Notes: generated from the letters alone by a model not told the origin. A stretch of DNA of 64,000 nucleotides from Octopus sinensis (GCF_006345805.1 NW_021834793.1:6348-70347); one strand, 5' to 3'. Positions 1 through 15,720 are shown, numbered from the stretch's first letter. Program-made: numbers and translations.

Positions 1-281
1 CCGTTGCCAGCCTCGCCTGGCCCCCGTGCCGGTGGCACATAAAAAGCACCATCCGTTCATGGCCGTTTGCCAGCTCTGTCTGGCACCTGTGTGGGTGGCA
101 CGTAAAAAGGACCCACTACACTCACGGAGTGGTTGGCGTTAGGAAGGGCATCCAGCCGTAGAAACACTGCCAGATTTGACTGGGCCTGATGAAACCTTCT
201 GGCTTCACAGACCCCAGTAGAACCGTCCAACCCATGCTAGCATGGAAAACGGACGCTAAACGATGATGATGATGATGATGA
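1..281 (+). mobile_element. 3' UTR/tail of an RTE-family retroelement ending in (GAT)n
   Basis: Same ~63-bp units and terminal sequence (cactacactc...catgctagcatggaaa...gatgat) as 2770-3223. Confidence 0.85.
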
Positions 282-304
282 TACATATATACATATATAT
301 ATAC

Positions 305-335
<31 letters not shown>

Positions 336-520
336 CATATATACATATATATATATATACATATATACATATATATACATATATACATATATATACATAT
401 ATACATATATATACATATATACATATATATATACATATATATATACTTATATACATATATATATACATATATACATATATATATACATATATACATATAT
501 ATATATACATATATATATAT

Positions 521-3223
521 GTGGATGGAGCAAAGTACCATCTCGAACCAGAGTAACATGGTGGTGGAACACTGTGGTTGACAGGGCTATCAGACAAAAG
601 AGACAGGCTTGGAAGGACTGGAAGAACGGTGGTAGCAGGGAATTGTATCAGACAGCCAGAAGGGAAGCTAGGAGACAGGTTTATTTAGCCAGAGGAGAAG
701 CGGATAAGAAAAAATTTGCCAATGTTCTGAGCCGTGAGGATGAAAGACTTGAGGTATTTCATGTTGCAAGACAGTGTGTGAGAGAGAATCGTGATGTGGT
801 AGGAGAGAAGTGTGTTCGCATGGATGATGGTTCACTTGCGGTAAATGAGGATGCAGAGAGAGAGGTTTGGAGATGCCACTATGAAAGGTTGCTGAATAAA
901 GAAAATGAATGGGATAAAGAGAGTCTGCCGAATGTTGACCCAACAGAGGGACCAGCTATCCGAGTTGATAGTTCCGTGGTAGCTAAGGCAATTAGAAGCA
1001 TGAAGACAGGGAAAGCCCCAGGCCCATCAGAAATTACTGCAGAGATGCTCAAAATATCTGGCAGTGTCGGCTATAACCTAGTCACCCGTATAGTCAACCA
1101 GGTGATACACGAAGGAGTCATACCCAATGACTGGTGTAGCAGCATACTAGTCAACTGCTACAAAGGTAAAGGTGATGCCTAGATACAAATAATTACAGAG
1201 GTATCAAGCTGTTGGATCAGGTAATGAAGGTTACGGAGAGGGTCATAGCCCAACTAATTAGAGAGAGAGTTAGTTTAGATGAGATGCAGTTTGGGTTCGT
1301 GCCAGGGAAAAGCACCACTGATGCTATATTCCTGGTAAGGCAGCTGCAGGAGAAATACCTAGCCAAAGATAAGCCCCTGTACCTGGCTTCGTTGACATGG
1401 AGAAAGCCTTTGATAGGGTCCCCCGATCCCTCATCTGGTGGTCAATGAGGAAACTAGGGATAGATGAATGGCTGGTGAGGGCTGTGCAAGCCATGTACAG
1501 AGATGCCGTAAGTAAGATTAGGGTTGGCAACATGTACACAGAAGAATTCAAAGTAGAGGTTGGGGTCCACCAGGGTTCAGTACTCAGCCCCCTCCTTTTT
1601 ATCATAGTCCTCCAGGCAATAACAGAGGAATTCAAGACAGGTTGCCCCTGGGAGCTCCTCTATGCTGACGACCTCGCTCTAATTGCTGAGTCACTATCAG
1701 AACTGGAGAAGTTCCAGGTGTGGAAGGAGGGTTTAGAATCGAGGGGCCTTAGAGTCAACCTAGCTAAAACCAAAGTACTAATAAGTAGAAAGGTAGACAA
1801 TCCATAAATATCCTCAGGAAGATGGCCCTGCTCGATCTGTAGAAAAGGTGTAGGTAGAAACTCTATAAGATGTACCCAGTGTAAGCTATGGACACATAAG
1901 AGGTGCAGCAATGTCAAAGGTAGGCTAACTGGGAAGATAGTTTTTGTATGTGGCAGATGCTTGGGAGCATTGACCTCCGAAAATCTGCAGAAAACAACTT
2001 CCGTCACTTTCCGGGGGGAAAAACTAGAAGTAGTTGATAGCTTCCGCTATCTAGGTGACCAAGTCAGTAGTGGGGGTGGGTGCGCTGAAAGTGTAACTGC
2101 TAGAATAAGAATAGCCTGGCCAAAGTTTAGGGAGCTCTTACCTCTGCTGGTGACTAAAGGCCTCTCGCTCAGAGTAAAAGGCAGACTGTATGATGCATGT
2201 GTACGAACAGCTATGCTACATGGCAGTGAAACATGGGCCGTGACTGCTGAGGACATGCGTAAGCTCGTGAGGAATGAAGCCAGTATGCTCCGATGGATGT
2301 GTAATGTCAGTGTACTTACTCGACAGAGCGTTAGTACCTTGAGAGAAATGTTGTACCTAAGAAGCATCAGTTGTGGTGTGCAAGAGAGACGATTGCGCTG
2401 GTATGGTCATGTGGCGAGAATGGATGAAGATAGGTGTGTGAGAAAGTGCCAATCCCTAGCAGTTGAGGGAACCCGTGGAAGAGGTAGACCCAGGAAAACC
2501 TGGGATGAGGTGGTGAAGCACGACCTTCGGACGTTAGGTCTCACCATGGAAATGACTAGAGACCGAGACCTATGGAAGTATGCTGTGCGTGAGAAGACCC
2601 GGCAAGACTAGTGAAGCCATAACCCGTGGCCCCTACCTGGGACTTAGTCAGTCCACCTGTGCATACCTTCCTTCTTGTGACACTTGTGAAGACCTGTTGA
2701 GGCAAGTGAAAATCAAATCAAATCAAATCAAATCAAAATAGATGAACATCAATGGAATTTGTATCCTTGTGGTACCAGTGCCGGTGGCACATAAGAAAAC
2801 CATCCGAACGTGACCGTAGCCAGTACCGCATCGACTGGCCTACGTGCTGAGGGCACGTAACAAACACCATCCGAGCGTGGCCGTTCGCCAGCCTCGTCTG
2901 GCACGTGTGTCGGTGACACATAAGAAAACACCATCCGAGCGTGGCCGTCTGCCAGCCTCGTCTGGCACCTGTGTCGGTGGCACATAAAAAACACCATCTG
3001 AGCGTGGCCGTCTGCCAGCCTCGTCTGGCACCTGTGTTGGTGGCGCATAAAATCACCCACTACACTCTCGGAGTGGTTGGCGTTAGGAAGAGCATCAAGC
3101 TGTTGAAACACTGCCAGATCTGACTGGCCTGGTGCAGCCTTCGGGCTTGCCAGACCCCAGTTGAACCGTCCAACCCATGCTAGCATGGAAAGCGGACGTT
3201 AAACGATGATGATGATGATGATG
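521..3223 (+). mobile_element. 5'-truncated RTE-clade LINE (RT with PHD insertion, 3' UTR tandem repeats, (GAT)n tail)
   Basis: Broken ORFs 574-1182, 1212-1448, 1397-1807, 1961-2611 with KAPGP, QFGF, EKAFD, QGSVLSPLLF, LYADD, RLRWYGHV, RGRPRKTW. Confidence 0.93.
2770..3057 (+). repeat. ~63-64 bp tandem repeat (about 4.5 units) in RTE 3' UTR
   Basis: aaacaccatccgagcgtggccg...gccagcctcgtctggcac... recurs at 2862, 2926 and 2989. Confidence 0.85.
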
Positions 3224-3309
3224 ATATATATATACATATATACATATATATATACATATATACATATATAAATATATACATATATATGACCATTCCGAAA
3301 TATAACAAC

Positions 3310-3340
<31 letters not shown>

Positions 3341-3458
3341 ATATATATACATATATATATATATATACATATATATATACATATATATACATACATATTA
3401 CATATATATATACATATATATATATACACATATATATATATACAATATATATATACAT

Positions 3459-3525
<67 letters not shown>

Positions 3526-3576
3526 CATACATACATATATATATACATATACATACATATACATATATATATACAT

Positions 3577-6581
<3,005 letters not shown>

Positions 6582-6608
6582 AGAAAGAAGCAACAAGAAA
6601 GGATTGGT

Positions 6609-6699
6609 TTTTAGTACAATTGTTTCATACAAGGACAGGCTTTATTACAAGTTGCAAAAATTGCAGCAGATAAAAGTGTCCTGTACTCATCAGCTAAAA
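6609..6699 (-). ncRNA. Type I hammerhead ribozyme
   Basis: Minus strand: ttttag CTGATGA gtacaggaca...tgtccttgtat GAAA caattg TA ctaaaa; perfect helix I, palindromic helix III. Confidence 0.88.
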
Positions 6700-6880
6700 T
6701 ACATTTGAGTTCTCTAGACATCTTAGTGGGTGAGGTTATACTCATGAGATATTGGAGATAGTTCCATTAGAGGCAGATACAGGTTGTAAACAGTTTTCCA
6801 AAGTTCCTTAATGATGATGCACAGTCTTATCACAGATTTTTAAAAAACTTATTAGTTTCGAAGAGAAGATGAATCAATCA

Positions 6881-6950
<70 letters not shown>

Positions 6951-6953
<3 letters not shown>

Positions 6954-8455
6954 TTTGGCATAGTATGAATGATGGATTTGGGTTTTATTATTCACAATTT
7001 CTAGCCAGAGTACGGTGACTAGTACTGGTATTCTATGGTTGGGGTGTTTAGTGGGGTAGTCTATTGTGACCTTAATACTCTGGTGAATGGGGTTAGCTAT
7101 TTGCTGGATGCTCTCTATAGTATTAGTTTCTATTACTATATCAACATTACTCTCTTGTGGGGGTGCCTTTACCACTATGTTGATATCATCAACATAGCGG
7201 GAGTACATGTTTACGAGTATGGAGTTCTGTGCTAGGCGTTCTTTAAGCCTTCTGTCCCACCATACCATGAAAAGATTGGCCACATCACCAGCGATACTAA
7301 CGCCGATGGCTGCCCCCTCGTCCTGGGCATATATTTTATTATTAAACTTAAACGTGTGGCCTTTTAGGGTAACTCTTATACTAGCTCCTAGTGCATGTGC
7401 GATCATTTTCTTTATCTGATGGACATTTGCGGGGCTCCGTATGGCTCTGGTCCATCTGCGCCATCTTTCTATATGTGTCTTCCTAGCCATAGAAGTAATT
7501 GTGGGTGGTCTACCTCCTAAACATCTACTGGGGCAGAAACTACTAAGATTATATTTATCTAAGTATTCATTATTACATGTCAGTCTAAGTAGGAGGCCCA
7601 GTTCTTCTGTGTTGACATTACAGAATTCCACCTGGCTCTCATTGATCATCTCCATGCACTTCTCCACCGCAAAATCTACGTCGATCGATGGGTATAGGGA
7701 TACCACATCCATGCTACCCACCATACATCCTGTCAGGTCACAAGTGCTGTTACAGTCATCGATCCTGCTGAGGAGATCTTCTGTGCTGTCACAAACATTA
7801 GGTGACATCCGGATTATAGGGCGTATGATCATTGAGAGGAAGTAGAAGATTCTGTAATTGCTAGCGATATTCGCTCCACAGACTGGTCTTGTTGGTGGTC
7901 CTGCTATAGGGTCAGTAATTTCTTTATGGTCCTTGCAAAGTCCATTCAGTGCCGGGATATCATTGTTCCAGGCTTGGAAATTATTTGCTGTACGTTTCTG
8001 GGGTCCCAGAACAATTGTCCACATCATCATGTGGGCGTTGAGGACCTTTTCTCTCTCCTCATGTGCCTGTACAGTTGTTAATTTTGTATTGGCGATATGA
8101 GGTTGCATTGCCTGGATGTAGTTCGGTAAGCTGTCTATTGACATCCTGCCGGACTTATCTGTGGGAAGGCATACCACCTCTCCGTTCCTCGTGCGCCACA
8201 TGCAGGTTTAATCCCGAGTTGTTGGGCCTCTGTCTTATTCTGTCTCTGTCTCTTAGTGTATAATCCTAAAATCTGTCTAAGTTTGGTCCTAGCTATAGTG
8301 AACTGTGCTTCCATGTGGTCATTAGTATTTCTTGGGATGTAGACTCTTTTGTTGAAGGGTAATGTTGTTGGATAAATCCGGCTCATGCAGTAAGTTTTGT
8401 CACATACGTTGAAGAATTGAGTGTCAAAGGGGTGGGTATACATGTCAATGGTCAT
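6951..8455 (-). mobile_element. Penelope-like element reverse transcriptase fragment
   Basis: PTDKSGR, KDHK..TRPVC, DVVSLYPSID, FKFNNKIYAQ..G.AIG, ANLFM, RYVDD; frameshift near 8200; runs into (TA)n at 6951. Confidence 0.88.
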
Positions 8456-8793
8456 TTAAAAAAAAATTTTTTTTTATTTATATATTTTTTTTCGATTCGA
8501 TTTATTATTATTATTACTAGTATTGTTGTTATACATACAAGCATATGTAATGATAATAATAAAGTGGATGTAAACACATGAACAAAATAAGAATAAACAA
8601 AAACAAAATACAAATTACATGAACATATATAAACAGAAGATACAAATATTACGGGCATCCCCCCACATACACACACTAAATAAACATAGACGCACATAGA
8701 GATATAAGCATGCGCAAATGAAGACATACAATAGAAATACAAAATGGCTGACGGTTATCAAGGAGAGACACAAATAAGAAAGAAGAAAACAAA

Positions 8794-8838
8794 GGACCAC
8801 TGATGCGGTCACAGGAGTGTGACGAAAGAACTCTGGCC
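8794..8838 (+). ncRNA. Atypical or degenerate hammerhead-like motif next to the PLE
   Basis: ggacca CTGATGCG gtcaca-ggag-tgtgac GAAA gaac TC tggcc; core deviates after G8. Confidence 0.45.
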
Positions 8839-9000
8839 GAAATAAGATTAAGATTAATGTAAAAAATAAATAACAATGAAGCAAAATAACACCAAATATA
8901 TAGTGCGTGTGTTTTTATTGGCTAAACTGGCAAAATAACCATTCCAAAATATAACAATATATATATATGTATGTATATTATATGTATATATATATATATA

Positions 9001-9031
<31 letters not shown>

Positions 9032-9072
9032 TGTATTATATATATATGTATATATATATGTATATATATATG

Positions 9073-9109
<37 letters not shown>

Positions 9110-9160
9110 GTATATATATATGTATATATATATATATGTATATATATATGTATATATATA

Positions 9161-9192
<32 letters not shown>

Positions 9193-9247
9193 GTATGTAT
9201 ATATATATGATATATATATTATATGTATATATATATATATATGTATA

Positions 9248-9285
<38 letters not shown>

Positions 9286-9332
9286 ATATATGTATATATA
9301 TATATGTATATATATATATGTATATATATATG

Positions 9333-9363
<31 letters not shown>

Positions 9364-9406
9364 GTATATATATATGTATGTATATATATATGTATATATA
9401 TATATG

Positions 9407-9458
<52 letters not shown>

Positions 9459-9463
9459 TATAT

Positions 9464-10112
9464 AATAACTAAGTCTCTCTAAAAGAGAACAGCGGCAGCG
9501 TTCCCGGAAAATAATAGTTATCGCCATACTAATATGGCATTCTTATAAAAATAAGAAAAAAGCTGTCCGCTTATTAGCTCCATGAGGCCATCGCCTTAAG
9601 TTAGCTATTTGATACACAAACTGTATCCATATAACCTTCGAACAAGGGAGGTCAGTCGCTCCACCATATTAGTATGGCGATAACTATTATTTTCCGGGAA
9701 CGCTGCCGCTGTTCTCTTTTAGAGAGACTTAGTTATTTTAATATTTCTATTATTGAAAACAAGTGGATGTATTCCACCGAAACTAGGTAAATAAAACCAT
9801 CGAACAGAGATTGTCGGAAGCGACACCTACTGGCTGACTACGCTGCATTGAAAAGGGGCAATACTCCGAAACGCGTCTGTAGCTGCCGGTCAAGTGGTGT
9901 GGAGCGACTGACCTCCCTTGTTCGAAGGTTATATGGATACGGTTTGTGTATCAAATAGCTAACTTAAGGCGATGGCCTCATGGAGCTAATAAGCGGACAG
10001 CTTTTTTCTTATTTTTATAAGAATACCATATTAGTATGGCGATAACTATTATTTTCCGGGAACGCTGCCGCTGTTCTCTTTTAGAGAGACTTAGTTATTT
10101 TAATATTTCTAT

Positions 10113-10115
<3 letters not shown>
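9464..10115 (+). mobile_element. Non-coding PLE pseudo-LTR/retrozyme-like cassette (inverted + partial tandem)
   Basis: 9464-9664 is the reverse complement of 9899-10099; 90-bp direct repeat 9664-9753 / 10026-10115 (period 362); (TA)n on both sides; contains a hammerhead. Confidence 0.85.
9842..9883 (+). ncRNA. Minimal type I hammerhead ribozyme, U3-A8 core variant
   Basis: gctgca TTGAAAA gggg-caata-ctcc GAAA cgcg TC tgtagc. Confidence 0.8.
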
Positions 10116-10185
<70 letters not shown>

Positions 10186-10361
10186 TACATATATATATGT
10201 ATATATATATACATATATATATGTACATATATATACATATATATATATGTACATATATATACATATATATATATGTACATATATATACATATATATATAT
10301 ATGTACATATATATACATATATACATATGTACATATATATACATATATACATACATATATA

Positions 10362-11840
10362 TCTCTCCTCATCCATCCGTAGTACATGATCATACCAATG
10401 CAAATGTCTCTCTTGCATGCCACATCCTATGCTTCTTATGTCCAACATTTCTCTCGGGGCGCTTGAACTCTGTCACCCCTACTGGGTGAACATTTGGCAG
10501 GCTCTCCCTCCTCCCATTCATTGTCCACATTCAGCAGTCTTTCATATTGGCTTCTCCAAGCCTCTTTCTTTTCTGAATCATTAAAAGCAAGTGCACCATC
10601 ATCCATGCTGACACATTTCTCTCCTGTGACATCACAATTTTCTCTTACACACTGTCTTGCAATCCGAAACACCTCAGTTCTTTGGTCCTCACATCGCTGG
10701 ACATTGGCAAACCTCTTCTTTTCCACTTCGCCCTTGACTATATATACCTGCTGCCCAGCCTCACATTTGACTACCTGGTACAGTTCCCTGCTACCCCACC
10801 CCTTCCAGGCTTTCCAGGCCTGTTTCTTTGCTCTAATGGCATTGTCTACCATACTATTCCACCACCATGTAACTCTAGGTCTGGAAGGGATTTTGCGCCA
10901 TCCGCAGACTTGGTCTGTGGCACTCAGCAAGCTGTCCCCTAGGAATTTCCAGCTACCTTCAATGTCTGATGTCTGCAGCTCCTCCCCCCTCTCCTCAAAT
11001 TTCTTGATGAGGATGTCCCTCAATCTCTGACCATGTGAAGGGTTCTTTACCTACCAAATCCTTTTTTGGATTTGTCTGTATCTTGGTATCCTTCTGGCCT
11101 CAAGCCTAAAGTCACTAATGACTAGCCTGTGCTGGGAGGTACATTCTTCACCCGGAGGGTATTTGCATTTAAGAGCAACCCTGCGTCCCACTGTCTGGTG
11201 AGGATGAAATCAATCTGGCTAGCAGAGTCCCCTGATTGATAGGTTATAAGGTGGCTGTCTGACTTCCTGAAGTTAGTGTTGCAGATTAAAAGGTTACATG
11301 CATCACGGAACTGCAGTAGCCTGGTTCCCTCATCGTTTCGGGTGCCAATACCATGGCCATCGTTTACCCCAGTGAAGATACCCGATTCCCACCCAACATG
11401 CCCATTAAAGTCTCCAGCCACAAATATGAAGTCATTGCCACTCATCTTTGAGATAGCCTGTAGAAGGGTATCATAAAAGTGGTCCTTCTGATCATTTGGT
11501 AGCCCTTGCATGTGGGGTGTAGGTGGAGATAATTGTAGCTGTTGTTCTGCTGGACTAGTCTGAGCTTAAGCACTCTATCGCATACCCTAAGAACCTCTGT
11601 GACCTTATCCACTCATTTCTCCATAAGAAGTATGCCTACACTCCCTACATCATCCATGTTACCTTGCCAGAAGACTTTATACCTTTATACCTTGCCTATG
11701 AGGACCCTAGCTGAAGCTCCTCTCCATCTTACCTTTTGTATGCAGCATACATCGACCCATCTCCTTTCAAGCATCTCTACAATCTCACTAGACCTACCTT
11801 TCAGTGCGCCAACATTGACAGTGCCAACTCTGAAAACTGG
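10362..11840 (-). mobile_element. RTE LINE fragment (endonuclease + linker, RT internally deleted)
   Basis: GDFNGHVG, IDFIL, VTWWWN; linker joined near 10476 directly to C-terminal RHLHWYDHV. Confidence 0.88.
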
Positions 11841-11880
11841 GAAGAGAATGTGGGGGGAGGTTTGGCAGGAGGGATGTTAT

Positions 11881-13100
11881 TCAGTGCCTGAAAGATACTG
11901 AAAAACCTATTGTGATCCTTTTATTATGAATTATCTTATTATATCTATTTTCCTCATCGAAATGCTTAAATAGAGATCTGTAAAAAAGCTTAACTAAATT
12001 CATTGTTATTTTTCTTGCATAAGGAATAATAAACCAAATATAATTATCATTTATAGAATTAACAGCATTATGTGTATCTGGACTGACATATGGGGTATAC
12101 TTTTTAGTCTTAAATTTAAGCCTATTTTCATACAGAATATTATAATTGCTACACTTATTCTTATTAATCTTATTACTATTATTAACCATATTATTTTTAT
12201 TATGAATATCATTATTTTCATAATATATGTTTAGCGTATCAACATTATTGGTATTTGTTCAAGAACTTGCATTTACACTATATTTCATTCCTCGCGTACA
12301 TAGGTTATCCTTAAATTCAGTAATGGCTAATTTATTAGTTACCTCATCGGCCTTATTAGCATTTTAATATTTTTATGAGATTTACTACTTTTAATCATCT
12401 TACACACATTTCCACTATTAGATCTACACATTCCATTGTCAACCAATTTACCATTATTATAATATTTATTATAGTTTTCATTTTTATTACAATATACAAT
12501 CTTATGCATGTATCCCGCATTTTTAAGGGCAACATTATAATATTCTGCATTATTGTTAAAAATTTCCTCATTAGAAGATAAAATATGAAACACCTAAAAT
12601 ATTGTTAACTAAAGTTTGTGTAATTGCTTTAGGATGATTACTATTAAAGTTAATATATTTCAAATTATTGTTAGGTTTATGGTATGGCCTATATTGTCCA
12701 GTAACAAGGTTCAGATTAACATGTAAGTAATTAACAGAATCATGTCCATTTTCAATAGAAATAGACAAACCAAATCTTTTAAAAACAGTATCGAATATTT
12801 TCATATACAAATCCAATTTCGTGTTTGAAAGACTATTAATGATAAACAGCATATCATCTTTCTAGAGTCCACCTGTAATATCTGGAAATTCATTAAAATG
12901 AAATAAGATGTATATACCTACTAGATCAGTAACCTGTGTAGAACCAGTCGATCCCACATCAAAAAAATCATTTGTAATTTCTCAAGCCCAGTACTTATTG
13001 GCAAATAAAATAATAGATTTTTGAGCTTTCAAAATTACTTTAATTTCTTTAAAACTAAGGTTAAAATTTTTCCTAGCAAATAAACAGGCGTTATTGAGCA
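11881..13100 (-). mobile_element. Degenerate Penelope-like RT/thumb fragment (second family)
   Basis: YRPYHKPNNNLKYINFNSNHP, LSSNEEIFNNNAEYYNVALKNAGY, IWFIIPY...KHF. Confidence 0.8.
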
Positions 13101-13423
13101 CCATAAAAAATATTTGTCTTGAGTGTAAATTGTATCACTATATTCATAGTTAAATTTAAATTATAAGTTTTAAGTACGCTATCTTCATTATATTAAATGA
13201 TTATATATATATTGAATTATTTAATAAATAATAATAATAATAAATGAATAATTTCGTATAATGCCATATCATGGATGATCAAAAACTTTTCTATTGTAAG
13301 TACATATTTCCAGCTATTTTTCTGTAGGTAATTGATTTATAAATATATATAAACTTTGATTTACAGAGATATTTTTTCCTCTGATAAACTAAGTTATTTA
13401 GTATTTTGTACTATGAATATTCA

Positions 13424-13750
13424 TCATCATCATTTAATGTCCGCTTTCCATGCTAGCATGGATTGGATGATTTGACTGAGGACTGGCAAACCAGATGGCT
13501 GCACCAGGCTCCAATCTGATCTGGCAGAGTTTCGAAAGCTGGATGCCCTTCCTAATGCCAACCACTCCAAGAGTGTAGTGGATGCTTTTACGTGCCACCG
13601 ATGACCAGTCAGGCGGTACTGGCAACGGCCACACTCAAATGGTGCTTTTTATGTGCCACCTGCACAGGAGTCAGTCCAGCAGCACTGGCAACAACCTCGC
13701 TCGATGTTTTGTTCACATGCCACCGGCACAAGTGCCAGTAAGGCAACACA
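13424..13750 (-). mobile_element. RTE 3' tail/SINE-like copy
   Basis: Reverse complement of the (GAT)n-tailed terminal sequence plus tandem units. Confidence 0.8.
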
Positions 13751-14755
13751 GGAATTAATTGCACATTATCTCATAGCTTAGAGAAATATATATTGTCAGA
13801 CCAACAATAATGGATTAAATATTTACTCATTCTCAAACTTTTGAGCTCTTTATTTTAAGTGGCCAGACATACCCTCTTTGAGCTTGTCCCACCCTTTGTG
13901 ACTTGGTCATCGAAACTTCTGCAATGGTCAACAATCAACAGCAAGATGAGCCGAGACAGATTACACTATCCTAAAGGGTGTATGCATGTAACTGGGAACC
14001 ACATGCAAACTTACACTCCCAATGGAAGTCCAAACATGACTTCCACACCAAATAACTTCGGTTACATGACTCTACACCTCAACAGCAAATGACTACAGTT
14101 ACAGCATCCATGCTATCCAACATGCTTGATCATCTAATGGGGCATTTGTTGAATTTGCAGGCTGAATTTTCAGGCCACAGTTAGAAGCATTACTTTGCTA
14201 GCTGGATCATTATAAGGCTGACCGTCAAATGTGGTCAGCACTCGTGAGAGATATAAACTCGTTGGTCAGAGCTGGCTTAACCCACGCCAAATGAATGCCA
14301 ATGCAAGTACAGAGCACAAGTAAGGAGAATAAAAAACAAAATTTTCACAGTTCTATATGCTCTTGGGGACAAAATGACCAATGCCAAAGAAATCGGCATT
14401 GAATCAGCAAAGAAAAAACATGACCATGCTAGAATGTCCCACACCAATAACATGACAATCAATAATAGATCAATTACAGTGTAATAAAGGATCTCTAAGT
14501 AGGGGGTCCGGATGGGTCAGAGAACTACTTACTCTTTATATAAATATGAATATATATCTTAGAATAATTATTATATATAATTATATCTTTTTAAATAACT
14601 ATACATAAATGTATATTTATTGTGGTACCTATTTAGTTTAATATATTTCATCAGAAGATTTTCTTTTGAACTTGTATACATATAATGATTTATACAATAA
14701 TATAAATATAGCCTTACTCTAATTTAGTTTACTTGTACTTGTGATGGCGTTCACC

Positions 14756-15470
14756 CAGGGCTGGTTGAGCTGGCTTCTTCTCTGGTCCTCACGGTATCAC
14801 GAACCATGGCAGCCCACGCTCGATGGTCCTGTGCAAAGTCACTGGAGATAGCAAGCCATTTGCAGTTCCATCTGTGCAGACCTGAGAGTTCAGAGAGGTC
14901 CTCCTTTATCGTTGTTGCCTAGGTCTTCAGCTGCCCACCCGTGCATTTGCACCAGTTGGGGAGAGGAGAAGGGAGGAGGACATCGCGAATCAACTCACCC
15001 TCTGGATGCCGGACTGCATGACCGAACCACCTTAAGCACTGATGTAGAAGCATCGAAGGGAGGGGCTGGAGATTCAGGCGATGACAAAGATTGGCTGTAG
15101 GAGCCCGATCAATGCGTCGGAGAAAGTCATTGTCGAACACCTCCAGCCTTCGCTGATCAACTACCCTCATAGGCCATGTTTCACAACCATACAGGATAGT
15201 ACAAATGCCAGCCTAGTAGATTTGCCCTTTGGTCACCAAGGAGATCTCTCTTCTGTCCCACAGGCTCTGCTGGAGGCACACAAATGCAGATCTGGCAGCA
15301 CCTATGTGACGCTCGACCTTGGCTGCGCCCTGGTCTGTTGGAAACACCATTCAACCCAGGTAGATGAAGGACTCCACATCCTCCAGCTCGACGCCCTCAA
15401 GAACGTTTGGCTGCCAGTCATCTGCTGCGACCAGAGACGTCATCACTTTGGTTTTGCTGACGGTCTAATT
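14756..15470 (-). mobile_element. RTE/BovB-like LINE C-terminal fragment
   Basis: RRLEVFDNDFLRRI, LRWFGHAVR, GGQLKT. Confidence 0.75.
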
Positions 15471-15720
15471 TAGTTCCTTCTGAAAAACTAAGTAAAATTA
15501 TATATTTTTTTAATTTATAGATTATTTTCTCTTTATCTAAGAAATAGTATAGTTTGTAATTATTGTAGCTTTATGCTTTTGTTTATTGCATTTATGGAGA
15601 TATTTCCTCTGATAAACTAAGTAAGTTTGTACTTTTTACTTCTTAGTTACTTAGAATAATGTTTATAGTAGTAAGAATAAATAAATGCGAGCAATTATTA
15701 TATATTATCATTATATGTAA

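Noticed and set aside
186-193. CTGATGAA in the RTE tail as a hammerhead core
   Set aside because: No helix II/GAAA arrangement, and other tail copies read ctggtgca at this position
122-597. Ile/Tyr/Met/Cys-rich ORFs here and at 3095-3765, 8967-9527, 10081-10489, 26209-26817, 60848-62251
   Set aside because: Translations of (TA)n/(TACA)n microsatellites that lack stop codons; not genes
2770-3057. Regularly spaced repeats resembling a CRISPR array
   Set aside because: Whole units repeat with no unique spacers, they sit in a LINE 3' UTR, the context is eukaryotic and there are no cas genes
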